64,000 bases of DNA from an uncultured Candidatus Saccharibacteria bacterium (GCA_964446625.1 CAYUPH010000004.1:7838-71837); one strand, 5' to 3'; shown: positions 37,775 to 48,012, counted from the stretch's first letter. Numbers and translations: made by a program. Notes: generated from the sequence alone by a model not told the origin.

Positions 37775-37840
37775 ATGCGAATGAAGAGAATCTTTCCGAG
37801 GGCTCAAAACTTTTTCGTCAAAAAGTTTTAGCCTCTGCAC
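37775..37840. repeat. copy A of tRNA-Asp-flank module: degenerate tRNA-Asp 3'-end (atgcgaatgaagagaatc) + conserved 10-nt inverted-repeat element AAAACTTTTT-cgtc-AAAAAGTTTT
   Basis: Near-identical to 38774..38840 and 38476..38530. Confidence 0.7.
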
Positions 37841-37843
37841 TAG

Positions 37844-38368
37844 TTATATTTCTTTTAAAATATTCTCCAACTGAAATTTAACATCTCTTGACGAATCTAT
37901 AGTATAGTGTGGCTTTTCGATTTTTTCGTATATTTTTTTTATTTTAAGATGAGCATTCCACCCCACACCGTTCCCTTTTCTAAACCTTTCTTGTACACGC
38001 TTTTTTAAAATATCGTCTGGGCAAAATACATAAATAATGAAAAATTTAGCTCCATGCTTTTTTGCGGACTGAATCACTACTTCTCGATGCACTCTCTTTG
38101 AAAAAGCACCATCAATTATGATATTTTGTCCTGAAGCTAATGCTAAATCGGTCAACAATGAAAAAACGTTATAACAAATATTTAATTCTTTAATTGTCGG
38201 AGGTTTATCTTTACCAACAAAAGAAGGGTTTTTCAAAATATTTTTTAACGTTGAATCAACAGAAAAAACTTTTGCACCGATTTTATTACCAAATAAATTG
38301 GCGGTAGTAGTTTTTCCTGCCCCCACCTGTCCACAAAATATAAATAATGATTTTTTAATTTTTGTCAT
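37844..38368 (-). CDS. P-loop NTPase, AAA_33/zeta-toxin/polynucleotide-kinase-like small kinase
   Basis: 174 aa; Walker A FCGQVGAGKTTT, Walker B-like IIIDGAF; size and motifs like zeta-toxin/gluconate-kinase-type kinases. Confidence 0.6.
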   Translation of the reverse strand: MTKIKKSLFIFCGQVGAGKTTTANLFGNKIGAKVFSVDSTLKNILKNPSFVGKDKPPTIKELNICYNVFSLLTDLALASGQNIIIDGAFSKRVHREVVIQSAKKHGAKFFIIYVFCPDDILKKRVQERFRKGNGVGWNAHLKIKKIYEKIEKPHYTIDSSRDVKFQLENILKEI

Positions 38369-38475
38369 ATCATTAATAATTATAGCTTTAATTATTTTAT
38401 TAAACTACATTCTCATAATAAACAGAAGCACTAATCCAAAACACCTTTTCTATATACCTCACTTAATTCTATATG

Positions 38476-38790
38476 TGTAAAAGAACATTTCCCGCGACTC
38501 AAAACTTTTTCGTCAAAAAGTTTTAGCCTCCGCACCGCCTCACTTCCGAGCTTTGCTAAGCTCTAACTTTACATTAAAAGTGAAGGGGCTTGGTCACTCT
38601 CGCGGATATTTTTTTCGTCCTGTGGACTCAAAAATATCTCGCTCCCTCGACCCCCATTCGTCGTCTCTGATTTTTCGTTCCTCAAAATCAGGCTTCGCGA
38701 CGACTCAGTTCAAGTCCCTCATCGCGGTAAAACAAAAGTCACCGACTCCTTTCGGAGCCGGTTCCTTTGTTTTATGCGCGAGTGAAGGGA
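38476..38790. repeat. copy B (~310 bp) of tandem module, ending in an exact 15-nt copy of the tRNA-Asp 3' end (GCGCGAGTGAAGGGA, 38776..38790)
   Basis: Shares cccgcgactcaaaactttttcgtcaaaaagttttagcctc(c/t)gcac...cctcacttccgagctttgctaagctctaacttt...aaagtgaaggggcttg with copy C. Confidence 0.75.
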
Positions 38791-39049
38791 ATCTTTCCCG
38801 CGACTCAAAACTTTTTCGTCAAAAAGTTTTAGCCTCTGCACAGCCTCACTTCCGAGCTTTGCTAAGCTCTAACTTTGGCATCAAAAGTGAAGGGGCTTGA
38901 TCCTTACAGGATCAGTACACCTTTTGGTGATTTTGTTTCGTTCCTCACAAAATCAGCTCAAAAGGTTTTCAAGTCCCTTACGCAAGTGCCCCGCACTTGC
39001 TCACTCGCACAAAATAAAAAGCCGCCAAATTTGGCGGCTTTTTATTTTG
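38791..39049. repeat. copy C of tandem module, directly abutting the genuine tRNA-Asp gene; contains an inverted tRNA-like T-arm fragment (ggttttcaagtccctta) and a terminator hairpin
   Basis: Direct tandem repeat of copy B over its first ~110 nt; a diverged homolog lies at 59517..59800. Confidence 0.75.
39014..39047 (-). terminator. terminator of the tRNA-Met/tRNA-Asp transcript (GCCGCC-aaattt-GGCGGC + T-run)
   Basis: aaaagccgccaaatttggcggctttttatttt immediately 3' of tRNA-Asp (minus sense). Confidence 0.75.
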
Positions 39050-39123
39050 CGCGAGTGAAGGGACTTGAACCCTCGGCCTTCCGCGTGACAGGCGGACGCT
39101 CTAACCAGCTGAGCTACACCCGC
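39050..39123 (-). tRNA. tRNA-Asp (anticodon GUC)
   Basis: GCGGGTG-TA-GCTC-AGCTGGTTA-GAGC-G-TCCGC-CT-GTC-AC-GCGGA-AGGCC-GAGGG-TTCAAGT-CCCTT-CACTCGC-G; discriminator G as expected for tRNA-Asp. Confidence 0.85.
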
Positions 39124-39191
39124 ATAGGTGCTTGTCCAAAGAGGTCTTTAGACAAGAGAATTATACACAAAAATAGAAAAACTCAAAATTG

Positions 39192-39264
39192 TGTCGGGAG
39201 TGGGGATTGAACCCACGACCCCAGGCTTATGAGTCCTGTGCTCTACCAACTGAGCTATCCCGAC
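39192..39264 (-). tRNA. tRNA with CAU anticodon (elongator tRNA-Met or tRNA-Ile2), unusual A31*G39 mismatch
   Basis: GTCGGGA-TA-GCTC-AGTTGGTA-GAGC-A-CAGGA-CT-CAT-AA-GCCTG-GGGTC-GTGGG-TTCAATC-CCCAC-TCCCGAC-A; G1:C72 pair argues against initiator. Confidence 0.75.
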
Positions 39265-39278
39265 GAATTACAAAGATG

Positions 39279-39307
39279 ATATTACAAGAAAAATGCATTA
39301 TTTGCAA
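39279..39307 (-). promoter_or_regulatory. sigma70-type promoter for the tRNA-Met/tRNA-Asp operon (-35 TTGCAA, 17-nt spacer, -10 TAATAT)
   Basis: Minus-sense TTGCAAataatgcatttttcttgTAATAT, -10 ends ~15 nt before tRNA-Met 5' end. Confidence 0.6.
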
Positions 39308-39421
39308 AAAAATACAAAAAAATATATACTAGCCCCTACATACTGCGGGGTAGAGAAGTAGTATCTCGCAAGGCTCATAACCTTGAGGCCTCAGTGCAAT
39401 TCTGAGCCCCGCAACCAGTAT

Positions 39422-40102
39422 TTATATATAGAAGAACTCGTGAAAAACCTTCTTGTACATGCCGATAGCATCTTCGGCGTCTTTTTTTGTGAGCCGATAG
39501 TTTGAGCCACTGTGTGCAATCTCGTTTCGTATTTTGTGTGCTCGCCACGCTTCCGAAAGATGCGTAAAATCTGATGGCTCAATCTGCTTCAGTTTTTCTG
39601 CCACTCCCTCCCCTTCATAACCCATCTTGTCGAGCATTTCATTTAAAATAATATCGCAGTCAAGGATAGCCAGTCGCCAATCTGACTCAAGAGGAGACCT
39701 CATCTTTTCTTCTACCTTAATCCACGTTTTGTTTTTGACAGGCTCAGCTTTTAGTTTCTCTGGTCCAATAAGCGCAGCATCGTGCCCCGCATGCGAAGCG
39801 TGCCCTCCTCCATGTCCTCCGTGACCTCCATGACCGTGCAAGTTATTTAACTCATGTCTGAAGTAGAAAATGCCAAGAACGAACGCCATTGAAAGGAAAA
39901 TAGAAATTACTTGCCCTACATTGTAAACAGTAGAAAGAATTTTTGAAAATGAAGGAATGAGTGCAAAATTAAAATGCACTGCTCCAAGAAAATACTTTCC
40001 AACTGAAAGCAGAACAAAGAAAAGAAGAATCCAAAAGATAGCGTCAACAAATCCGTTTCCGCCTCCCCCTTCACCCCCTGCTGATTTTTTTTCATCTGCC
40101 AT
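39422..40102 (-). CDS. membrane-anchored HEPN-like (DUF4145-type) protein with His/Gly-rich linker
   Basis: 226 aa; Gly-rich N-terminus, 2 TM helices, HGHGGHGGHGGGHASHAGH metal-binding-like tract, C-terminal alpha-helical domain ending ...EAWRAHKIRNEIAHSGSNY = Rx4H HEPN motif. Confidence 0.6.
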   Translation of the reverse strand: MADEKKSAGGEGGGGNGFVDAIFWILLFFVLLSVGKYFLGAVHFNFALIPSFSKILSTVYNVGQVISIFLSMAFVLGIFYFRHELNNLHGHGGHGGHGGGHASHAGHDAALIGPEKLKAEPVKNKTWIKVEEKMRSPLESDWRLAILDCDIILNEMLDKMGYEGEGVAEKLKQIEPSDFTHLSEAWRAHKIRNEIAHSGSNYRLTKKDAEDAIGMYKKVFHEFFYI

Positions 40103-40130
40103 GGGTATATTTTACACCAAAAAATAATTT

Positions 40131-41531
40131 TTAGAGTGTTTCAAAATGATGTGCAAAATCAAGAAGAGTAAAATCGTCTTTGTATCCAGAAAGAAACTGA
40201 ATCGCAAGTGGAAGTCCCTCCTCGGTCTTGCCGCTTGGAACAGAAATCGCCGGCACTCCTGCCAAATCCGCTGGTGATGTAAACAAATCTTCTAAATACA
40301 TTGCAATTGGATCATTTGTTTTCTCTCCAATTTTAAATGCAGGCCCAACCGTTGTCGGCATTGCAATAATCTCTACTTCTGCAAATGCTTTTTCAAAATC
40401 TCTTTTGATAAGCTCTCGAATTTTTGTCGCCTTTCCATAATAAGAATCATAGTAACCTGACGAAAGGACATATGTTCCCACAAGAATTCTTCTTTTTACT
40501 TCTTTTCCAATAAGAGAGCTTCGTGTTTTCGTGTAGTCCTCAAGAAGGTCTCGTCCTTCTACTTTTTGACCGAACTTTACACCATCGTAGCGTGCCATGT
40601 TCGATGACACCTCAGCAGGAACAATGATGTAGTAAACAGGAATTGAATAATCGATATAAGGGAGAGACACATCAACAACAAGGTACCCCGCGTCTTCCAT
40701 CTTTTTTATTGAGTCCTTAAAATTTTGGAGGACCCTTGGATCAATTCCTCCTTTTTCTAGAAGCGCTTTACATACGCCAATCTTTTTTACTGCGCGTGTT
40801 TCGCTAGAGACATCTATGCTCGTAGCATCAAATCTGTCTTTTCCGCGGATAACATCGAAAACAATTTTTGCATCCTCTGCATTTTTTGCAAAAGGACCCA
40901 TATGATCAAGAGAAGATGCCATCGCCATGACTCCGTGCCGAGATACTGCACCGTAACTTCCTTTGTATCCCACAACTCCACAAAAGCTTGCTGGCTGGCG
41001 AATAGATCCTCCTGTGTCAGACCCAATTGCAAAAAGACAAAAGTCCGCAGCGAGCGCTGCCGCACTTCCTCCGCTTGATCCTCCAGCAACACGATTGGTG
41101 TCATGTGGATTTCGCACAACTCCGAAAGCAGAGTTTTCAGTCGACGCACCCATCGCAAACTCGTCCATGTTTGCTCGTCCAAGAAGTACCGCACCTGCTT
41201 CTGTAAGTTTTCTTCCTACTGTTGAGTCATATGTGGCGGTATATCCTTCAAGAATTTTAGAAGCTGAAGACGCTCTCTTGCTTTTGTATAAAAAGTTATC
41301 TTTTACAATATAAGGAATTCCAAGAAGAGGAAGTTTTTCTCCTGCTTTTATTTTTTTGTCTGCTTCCTCCGCGACAGAAAGCGCATCATCAAAAACCTCA
41401 AGAACTGCATTTAGATTTCCATTTTGCTCTGCGATTTTATCCAAAAAATACTTTGTGAGTTCTACACTCGTAAGCTCACCCTTATCTAGTTTTTCACGCG
41501 CTTCTTTGATTGTAAGATTAGAATAATCCAT
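40131..41531 (-). CDS. gatA: Glu-tRNA(Gln)/Asp-tRNA(Asn) amidotransferase subunit A
   Basis: 466 aa; amidase signature GGSSGGSAAALAA...SIRQPA. Confidence 0.95.
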   Translation of the reverse strand: MDYSNLTIKEAREKLDKGELTSVELTKYFLDKIAEQNGNLNAVLEVFDDALSVAEEADKKIKAGEKLPLLGIPYIVKDNFLYKSKRASSASKILEGYTATYDSTVGRKLTEAGAVLLGRANMDEFAMGASTENSAFGVVRNPHDTNRVAGGSSGGSAAALAADFCLFAIGSDTGGSIRQPASFCGVVGYKGSYGAVSRHGVMAMASSLDHMGPFAKNAEDAKIVFDVIRGKDRFDATSIDVSSETRAVKKIGVCKALLEKGGIDPRVLQNFKDSIKKMEDAGYLVVDVSLPYIDYSIPVYYIIVPAEVSSNMARYDGVKFGQKVEGRDLLEDYTKTRSSLIGKEVKRRILVGTYVLSSGYYDSYYGKATKIRELIKRDFEKAFAEVEIIAMPTTVGPAFKIGEKTNDPIAMYLEDLFTSPADLAGVPAISVPSGKTEEGLPLAIQFLSGYKDDFTLLDFAHHFETL

Positions 41532-41536
41532 TGTCT

Positions 41537-41821
41537 TTAGTTCAGAATTTTTTTAACTTTTACATACCCATTTTCTGTCGCTGGCGCTTCCGCAAGCAGG
41601 CTTTCACTCGTGCTTTCCAACACTCCGAGCAGAGCGTCCTCTCTGCTTACATTTCGAAGCTCTGGCACTTCCTTTCCTTCAACGTCTGTGAGTACATTAT
41701 TTATCTGTCCTACATACTCCAAAATAGCTCCAAGCTTTTCCTGCATGTCAGTTAGTTCTGCATCTTCAAACTCGAGCCGAGCCAGAGTTGCTAGTTTTTT
41801 TACCTCTTCTTTAGAAATCAT
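41537..41821 (-). CDS. gatC: Glu-tRNA(Gln) amidotransferase subunit C
   Basis: 94 aa; MISKEEVKKLATLARLEFEDAEL... typical GatC; immediately upstream of gatA. Confidence 0.85.
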   Translation of the reverse strand: MISKEEVKKLATLARLEFEDAELTDMQEKLGAILEYVGQINNVLTDVEGKEVPELRNVSREDALLGVLESTSESLLAEAPATENGYVKVKKILN

Positions 41822-41906
41822 AGGCTCAATTGTAGCACAGTTTTCCTTTTGTTTAAGGAGGGGTTTAGTTGACTAAGCATTCACTTTATGTTTTTATTCT
41901 GACAGC

Positions 41907-42524
41907 ATGAAAAAGTTCCTCAGCGCTTTGCGCAAACTGGGCCCATTCCTTATGGGCGTTATTCTCGGAGTGGACATGGGCATTGGCCTCATCGTCTTCT
42001 GGGTCTTTGGTGTCATCACCAAGGACGTAAGCATCACCAATCTGCTGTTTTGCGTCTTCATGGCGCATGCACCTGATGCAGATATGCTCCTATACATGGT
42101 TCCGCCCATAAGGAGAACATTATCCCTTCCAAGTCACCGAGTGATAGGGCACCACCCTGTGCTCATAATTCCCTTCTTCGTCATCCTTGGGATGTGGGTT
42201 ACAACCATGTTCCCAATAGAGAAGTGGGTTCTTCAGGGGATCATTCTCCTGGTCACCCACTTCATACACGACATGACAAACCGGAGCGGACTTCATCTTC
42301 TGTCTCCGTTCGATTGGACGAGATGGAGATTAAGTTCGCGAGGAATTCATGTTGTGACTGAAGAGGAACTAGATGAAGAATTCGGCGATGGCACAAAGTA
42401 TGGACAAGGAGGAGTGAGTGAGTTTGAGAACCGCACTGAGCCTTTATCCATCACTGGTGTCGCACTGGTGCTCACTGGTATCACCGGCACCCTCTTCTCG
42501 TTCCTTATCTTCCAGCACCACTGA
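41907..42524 (+). CDS. membrane-bound metal-dependent hydrolase, YdjM/DUF457-like; GC-elevated (~50%)
   Basis: 205 aa; multiple TM helices with His/Asp clusters (HAPDAD, HRVIGHHP, HFIHD); isolated plus-strand gene inside a minus-strand block; possible promoter TTGACT-17-TTTTAT at 41869..41897. Confidence 0.5.
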   Translation: MKKFLSALRKLGPFLMGVILGVDMGIGLIVFWVFGVITKDVSITNLLFCVFMAHAPDADMLLYMVPPIRRTLSLPSHRVIGHHPVLIIPFFVILGMWVTTMFPIEKWVLQGIILLVTHFIHDMTNRSGLHLLSPFDWTRWRLSSRGIHVVTEEELDEEFGDGTKYGQGGVSEFENRTEPLSITGVALVLTGITGTLFSFLIFQHH

Positions 42525-42540
42525 TAAGTGTGTGCTTTTT

Positions 42541-44574
<2,034 letters not shown>

Positions 44575-45225
44575 CTAGTATGTGGTTTTAATCGCTCGTT
44601 CGAAACGATTTTTATTTGATTTATCGCAAGTACTATACCCTCTTGAAACGACTGTTGTCTTGTACCCTCCTGTATAGTCACCGTAACTATCTGTTTCTGG
44701 GGTTTTGAGCACCTCTACATCAAAGCATATATTTTTGTCATTGTCTGCTGTCACCTCAAATTTAGTTAAAACTGAATTTCCGCTTGCTGCGCTACTTGGG
44801 TTGTGGAGAGCCGCGTCTCCAGTTCCTTCTGTATCAACAGTAAAATATATTGGAGCTCCTGCACTGTCTGTAAGGCACGAGTAGACTGCGGGCCTGTACC
44901 CTGCCCCCTCGTCACAGTACTCAATTCCAGAAATCGCACCACTTTCATCAAAACCGGGTTGTCCAAAAAATCTACCTCTACTTTTACAAGATGTTGTTGG
45001 ATCAGATGACACCTCTCCTCCGTAATTGTAATCAAGATAGAGAGCACACTCTGTTCCGGTGTCCGCAGCATAAAACGCGTGCTGACTTTCCCGACCAGCT
45101 GACGCAAGTGTGATTTGTTTTATTGTAATTCGCAGTATCGCAAGACCAATCGCAAGAACAAGACTTGCAACAAGGGATGCAAAGAGAATCGAGAAACCTT
45201 TTTTTGTTTGAAGTGACTTAAACAT
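44575..45225 (-). CDS. type IV pilus minor pilin/pseudopilin-like protein (degenerate prepilin leader)
   Basis: 216 aa; KKGFSILFASLVASLVLAIG N-terminal hydrophobic segment without Glu5. Confidence 0.6.
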   Translation of the reverse strand: MFKSLQTKKGFSILFASLVASLVLAIGLAILRITIKQITLASAGRESQHAFYAADTGTECALYLDYNYGGEVSSDPTTSCKSRGRFFGQPGFDESGAISGIEYCDEGAGYRPAVYSCLTDSAGAPIYFTVDTEGTGDAALHNPSSAASGNSVLTKFEVTADNDKNICFDVEVLKTPETDSYGDYTGGYKTTVVSRGYSTCDKSNKNRFERAIKTTY

Positions 45226-45226
45226 A

Positions 45227-45892
45227 TTATTCTCGTAGTTGCCAATTATACAACCTCTCTTTTATAACAAACTGCCGAGTGAGACTAAATACCCCGCCTG
45301 TACTCCAGCTCACTGTCGCTTCTACTGTTGCTGAGTTTTCTGCTGAGTCAGGAATAATCTTTACTACTCTTTTAAACTTTGTACCCTCTCCGCTCGAGTA
45401 GCTATACCTAGACATTTCATCGTTCACATCAAAAGCAAGTCGAAGAGGTGAACCACATTTACTACCACTACTACAAGGAACAAGAACATCAGTGTCTCCC
45501 ACCTCAACGCTACATCCATTCGTGTCGTCGATACACGCGCGCAAAGGATCAAGCCAGCTTCCAGAAACACCCCCAGCCGTTTTCAAATGCTCAATATATG
45601 CATTGTCTCTTGTGTTTCGCACAACTTCAAGAGCTTCTTGTCCAAGGTAATAAGCAGTAATTTCGTCCCTCGCATAAAAAGCCGAAGAAAGTCCTTTTGA
45701 AGCAATTTCCATTGGACCCACAATTGCAACGACAAGAATCGAGATTGCCACAAGAGTTTCAATCAAGGTGAAACCTTTTTTTAGCGAAAGAGTGTTTTGT
45801 AAAAATTTTCTTTTCATTTTATATATCAAGTTTTCTTTGTGAGACAAATGTTTGAATATTGAACTGCGCTCTCTGTCCTCCAATAAGCGCAC
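45227..45892 (-). CDS. prepilin-type N-terminal cleavage/methylation domain minor pilin
   Basis: 221 aa; KKGFTLIETLVAISILVVAIVGP class-III signal. Confidence 0.75.
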   Translation of the reverse strand: MRLLEDRERSSIFKHLSHKENLIYKMKRKFLQNTLSLKKGFTLIETLVAISILVVAIVGPMEIASKGLSSAFYARDEITAYYLGQEALEVVRNTRDNAYIEHLKTAGGVSGSWLDPLRACIDDTNGCSVEVGDTDVLVPCSSGSKCGSPLRLAFDVNDEMSRYSYSSGEGTKFKRVVKIIPDSAENSATVEATVSWSTGGVFSLTRQFVIKERLYNWQLRE

Positions 45893-46412
45893 TTCCTCGA
45901 ATCAAGATCAGGATTTGCGGTTGGGTTTCATCTGAACTATCTGTTCCGTTTACATAAAATTCTAGCTGTGAAATTTCTACCTGTTCCGAAGTCAGGTATT
46001 GCTTTTCTTCTCCCTCCACCTTTTTATAAATCCTTTTTACTGCACTGTCATACCCGTACTCTACATGGTACTCAGTATCCTCATCCTCAACAAACTGAGC
46101 GTATTGGTTTGAAACAAAAGTAACACTGCTCCCAGGGTTTGTTGGACAATCTCCAGAGCCATTACATTCATATCGGTATCCTGTGCGGAGGTCACGAACC
46201 ATGGTTTCAATTGAAAGGTTTAGGTTATTTAAAACCGAGTGATAAGCCTGCGCTCTCTTGTTTGCGCCTACAATTGCAAGAATGGCACCGAGTGTAATCA
46301 TCATTACAAGAGCAAAAATACCGAGAGCGACAATAATCTCAATCAAAGTGAAACCTTTTTTTACTGTGAAAGTATTTTTACTCATTTTAATTTGCTGCAA
46401 CAAGGCACTCAT
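45819..46412 (-). CDS. prepilin-type minor pilin
   Basis: 197 aa; KKGFTLIEIIVALGIFALVMM. Confidence 0.75.
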   Translation of the reverse strand: MSALLQQIKMSKNTFTVKKGFTLIEIIVALGIFALVMMITLGAILAIVGANKRAQAYHSVLNNLNLSIETMVRDLRTGYRYECNGSGDCPTNPGSSVTFVSNQYAQFVEDEDTEYHVEYGYDSAVKRIYKKVEGEEKQYLTSEQVEISQLEFYVNGTDSSDETQPQILILIRGSALIGGQRAQFNIQTFVSQRKLDI

Positions 46413-47058
46413 ACGAACAGGTGTCCGCTTCAGAGCAAATTGGTAATACAGAAATTTGTCCCACCGCTGTCACAGACACTACTCGACACTTGTCACCGAG
46501 TGAGGACTGAACCATGATTCTTGCCTCCGGAAAATTCCGAGCACCTGCCTCGGGCACTCTAATTCGCGCATCCAAATCTGGTTTCTTAAACACAATATCC
46601 AGGCTTCCGGGCAATTCTGTCCAGTTTCCTTCACCGTCGTAAACTGCATATGTTTTCACTTTTTGTTCTCTTGTAAGGGAAACAGCTTCTATTTCCTCTG
46701 TTGCATCATATGAAAAGTCTAGGTTTGCTTCTTTTCCATCAAGAAATGTCTTATACCCTCCCAAATCAGTAGCGTCAAAATGCACCCCGTAAGCAAGCCC
46801 TTGTGCTGGGTCCGAAATATCTGCTTCTCTTGAACCCACTCCAAACACTTGTGCTTCTCGAATTGAAAGCGCGACATCGTAGGCTGTATTTGAAATCAAA
46901 ATATCACTTGAAAAGCGCGACTGCTTAAAAAGTGTTGCACCGAGAACAATAAAAAAGATCGCAGACACCATAAGGAGCTCAATTAGTGAAAACCCTTTAT
47001 TCTTTTCTATTTTTTTAAAAGAAAGTTTTTCTTTCATACTAAAGGAAAAAGAAATCAA
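46387..47058 (-). CDS. prepilin-type minor pilin/pseudopilin
   Basis: 223 aa; NKGFSLIELLMVSAIFFIVLG. Confidence 0.75.
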   Translation of the reverse strand: MISFSFSMKEKLSFKKIEKNKGFSLIELLMVSAIFFIVLGATLFKQSRFSSDILISNTAYDVALSIREAQVFGVGSREADISDPAQGLAYGVHFDATDLGGYKTFLDGKEANLDFSYDATEEIEAVSLTREQKVKTYAVYDGEGNWTELPGSLDIVFKKPDLDARIRVPEAGARNFPEARIMVQSSLGDKCRVVSVTAVGQISVLPICSEADTCSYECLVAAN

Positions 47059-47854
47059 TAAAATCTTTTAGTCTAAAAAAGTCAAAAGAAAAAAGAAACT
47101 GGAGAAAGATACCGAGCGCCAAGAATGGCCCAAACGGAATCTCACTCTTTAAGTGAAGAGTTGTTCTTCTTTTTAGTTTGTCATAAATCATTTTAAGTAC
47201 AGCGACCGCTGCGCCAATCCAAAAACTAAGAACGACTGCGCTCACACCTCCCACAAAGCCAAGAAGCCAGCCGGCACCGAGCGCGATTTTGGCGTCACCA
47301 AAGCCCATTGCTCTTCCCCGAGAAAGGTACCAAATCGCTGCAAATGGAAGTGCGATAATCGGCCCCGCAAGAAGATGAAGCGATCCGTAAATTGTTTTGA
47401 AGTACCACGCATGGTGAGCAAAAATCATCCAAAAGAAACTCGCACCAATAAAAAAGTACACAGGAACATCTGGAATTATTTTGTGTTTAATATCATATGA
47501 GGAAATAACAATAAGAAGCGAAAAGATAAAAGCAAAAAAAGCAAACGGAATTAAAAGCAAAATACCGCCTGCAGAAAAACAAGTATAAATAGTTGCAAAG
47601 ACAAGACCAGTGATTCCCTCTACCAAAGGGTACTCGAGAGAAATTTTTGAGCTACACCCAGTACACTTTCCTCCCTGAAAGAAAAAGCTCAGAAGAGGAA
47701 TAAGTTCAAGAGGAGCAAGCTTCTTGCCACACGTGAAGCATCCACTCCGTCCGGTGAGTCGTCGTCCTGTTTTGTACCGGAGAACAACCACATTGAGAAA
47801 ACTTCCGATAATAGTTCCAAAGACAAATACAATAAGAATTGAAAGTGTTTGCAT
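47039..47854 (-). CDS. pilD: prepilin peptidase (A24 family) with N-terminal Zn-binding CxxC pairs
   Basis: 271 aa; CFTCGKKL...CTGC; multiple TM; catalytic Asp-containing SYDIKHKIIPD / GFGDAKIA. Confidence 0.9.
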   Translation of the reverse strand: MQTLSILIVFVFGTIIGSFLNVVVLRYKTGRRLTGRSGCFTCGKKLAPLELIPLLSFFFQGGKCTGCSSKISLEYPLVEGITGLVFATIYTCFSAGGILLLIPFAFFAFIFSLLIVISSYDIKHKIIPDVPVYFFIGASFFWMIFAHHAWYFKTIYGSLHLLAGPIIALPFAAIWYLSRGRAMGFGDAKIALGAGWLLGFVGGVSAVVLSFWIGAAVAVLKMIYDKLKRRTTLHLKSEIPFGPFLALGIFLQFLFSFDFFRLKDFIDFFFL

Positions 47855-47910
47855 AACTTTATTATACCTGTCCCGTCTTGATTATTAAAGAGGAAAAGAG
47901 GTCTTAAGAG

Positions 47911-48004
47911 GGCTTTTTATCTGAGCAGACCGGAATATTTTTCTCTGGAAAAATTTCCTCCGCCATGGGCCGAGCCTCGTCGGAGTTTTCTCAGATAAAA
48001 AGCC
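47911..48004. promoter_or_regulatory. 94-nt structured intergenic element: perfect 15-nt inverted repeat GGCTTTTTATCTGAG / CTCAGATAAAAAGCC enclosing nested palindrome TTTTTCtctgGAAAAA
   Basis: Located in the 158-nt gap between a pilin gene and pilD inside the pilus operon; no T-run after it (not a simple terminator). A TATAAT box sits 9 nt before the pilD ATG. Confidence 0.5.
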
Positions 48005-48012
48005 GAGGAGTT

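Noticed and set aside
37775-39049. Possible CRISPR array (three copies of a 33-nt palindromic repeat)
   Set aside because: Spacing is irregular (about 700 and about 300 nt), repeats are embedded in longer homologous modules with tRNA-end copies, and no cas genes are nearby; interpreted as integration scars instead.
40814-41194. 126-aa alternative-frame ORF inside gatA
   Set aside because: Fully nested in gatA on the same strand, different frame; gatA has an unambiguous amidase signature.
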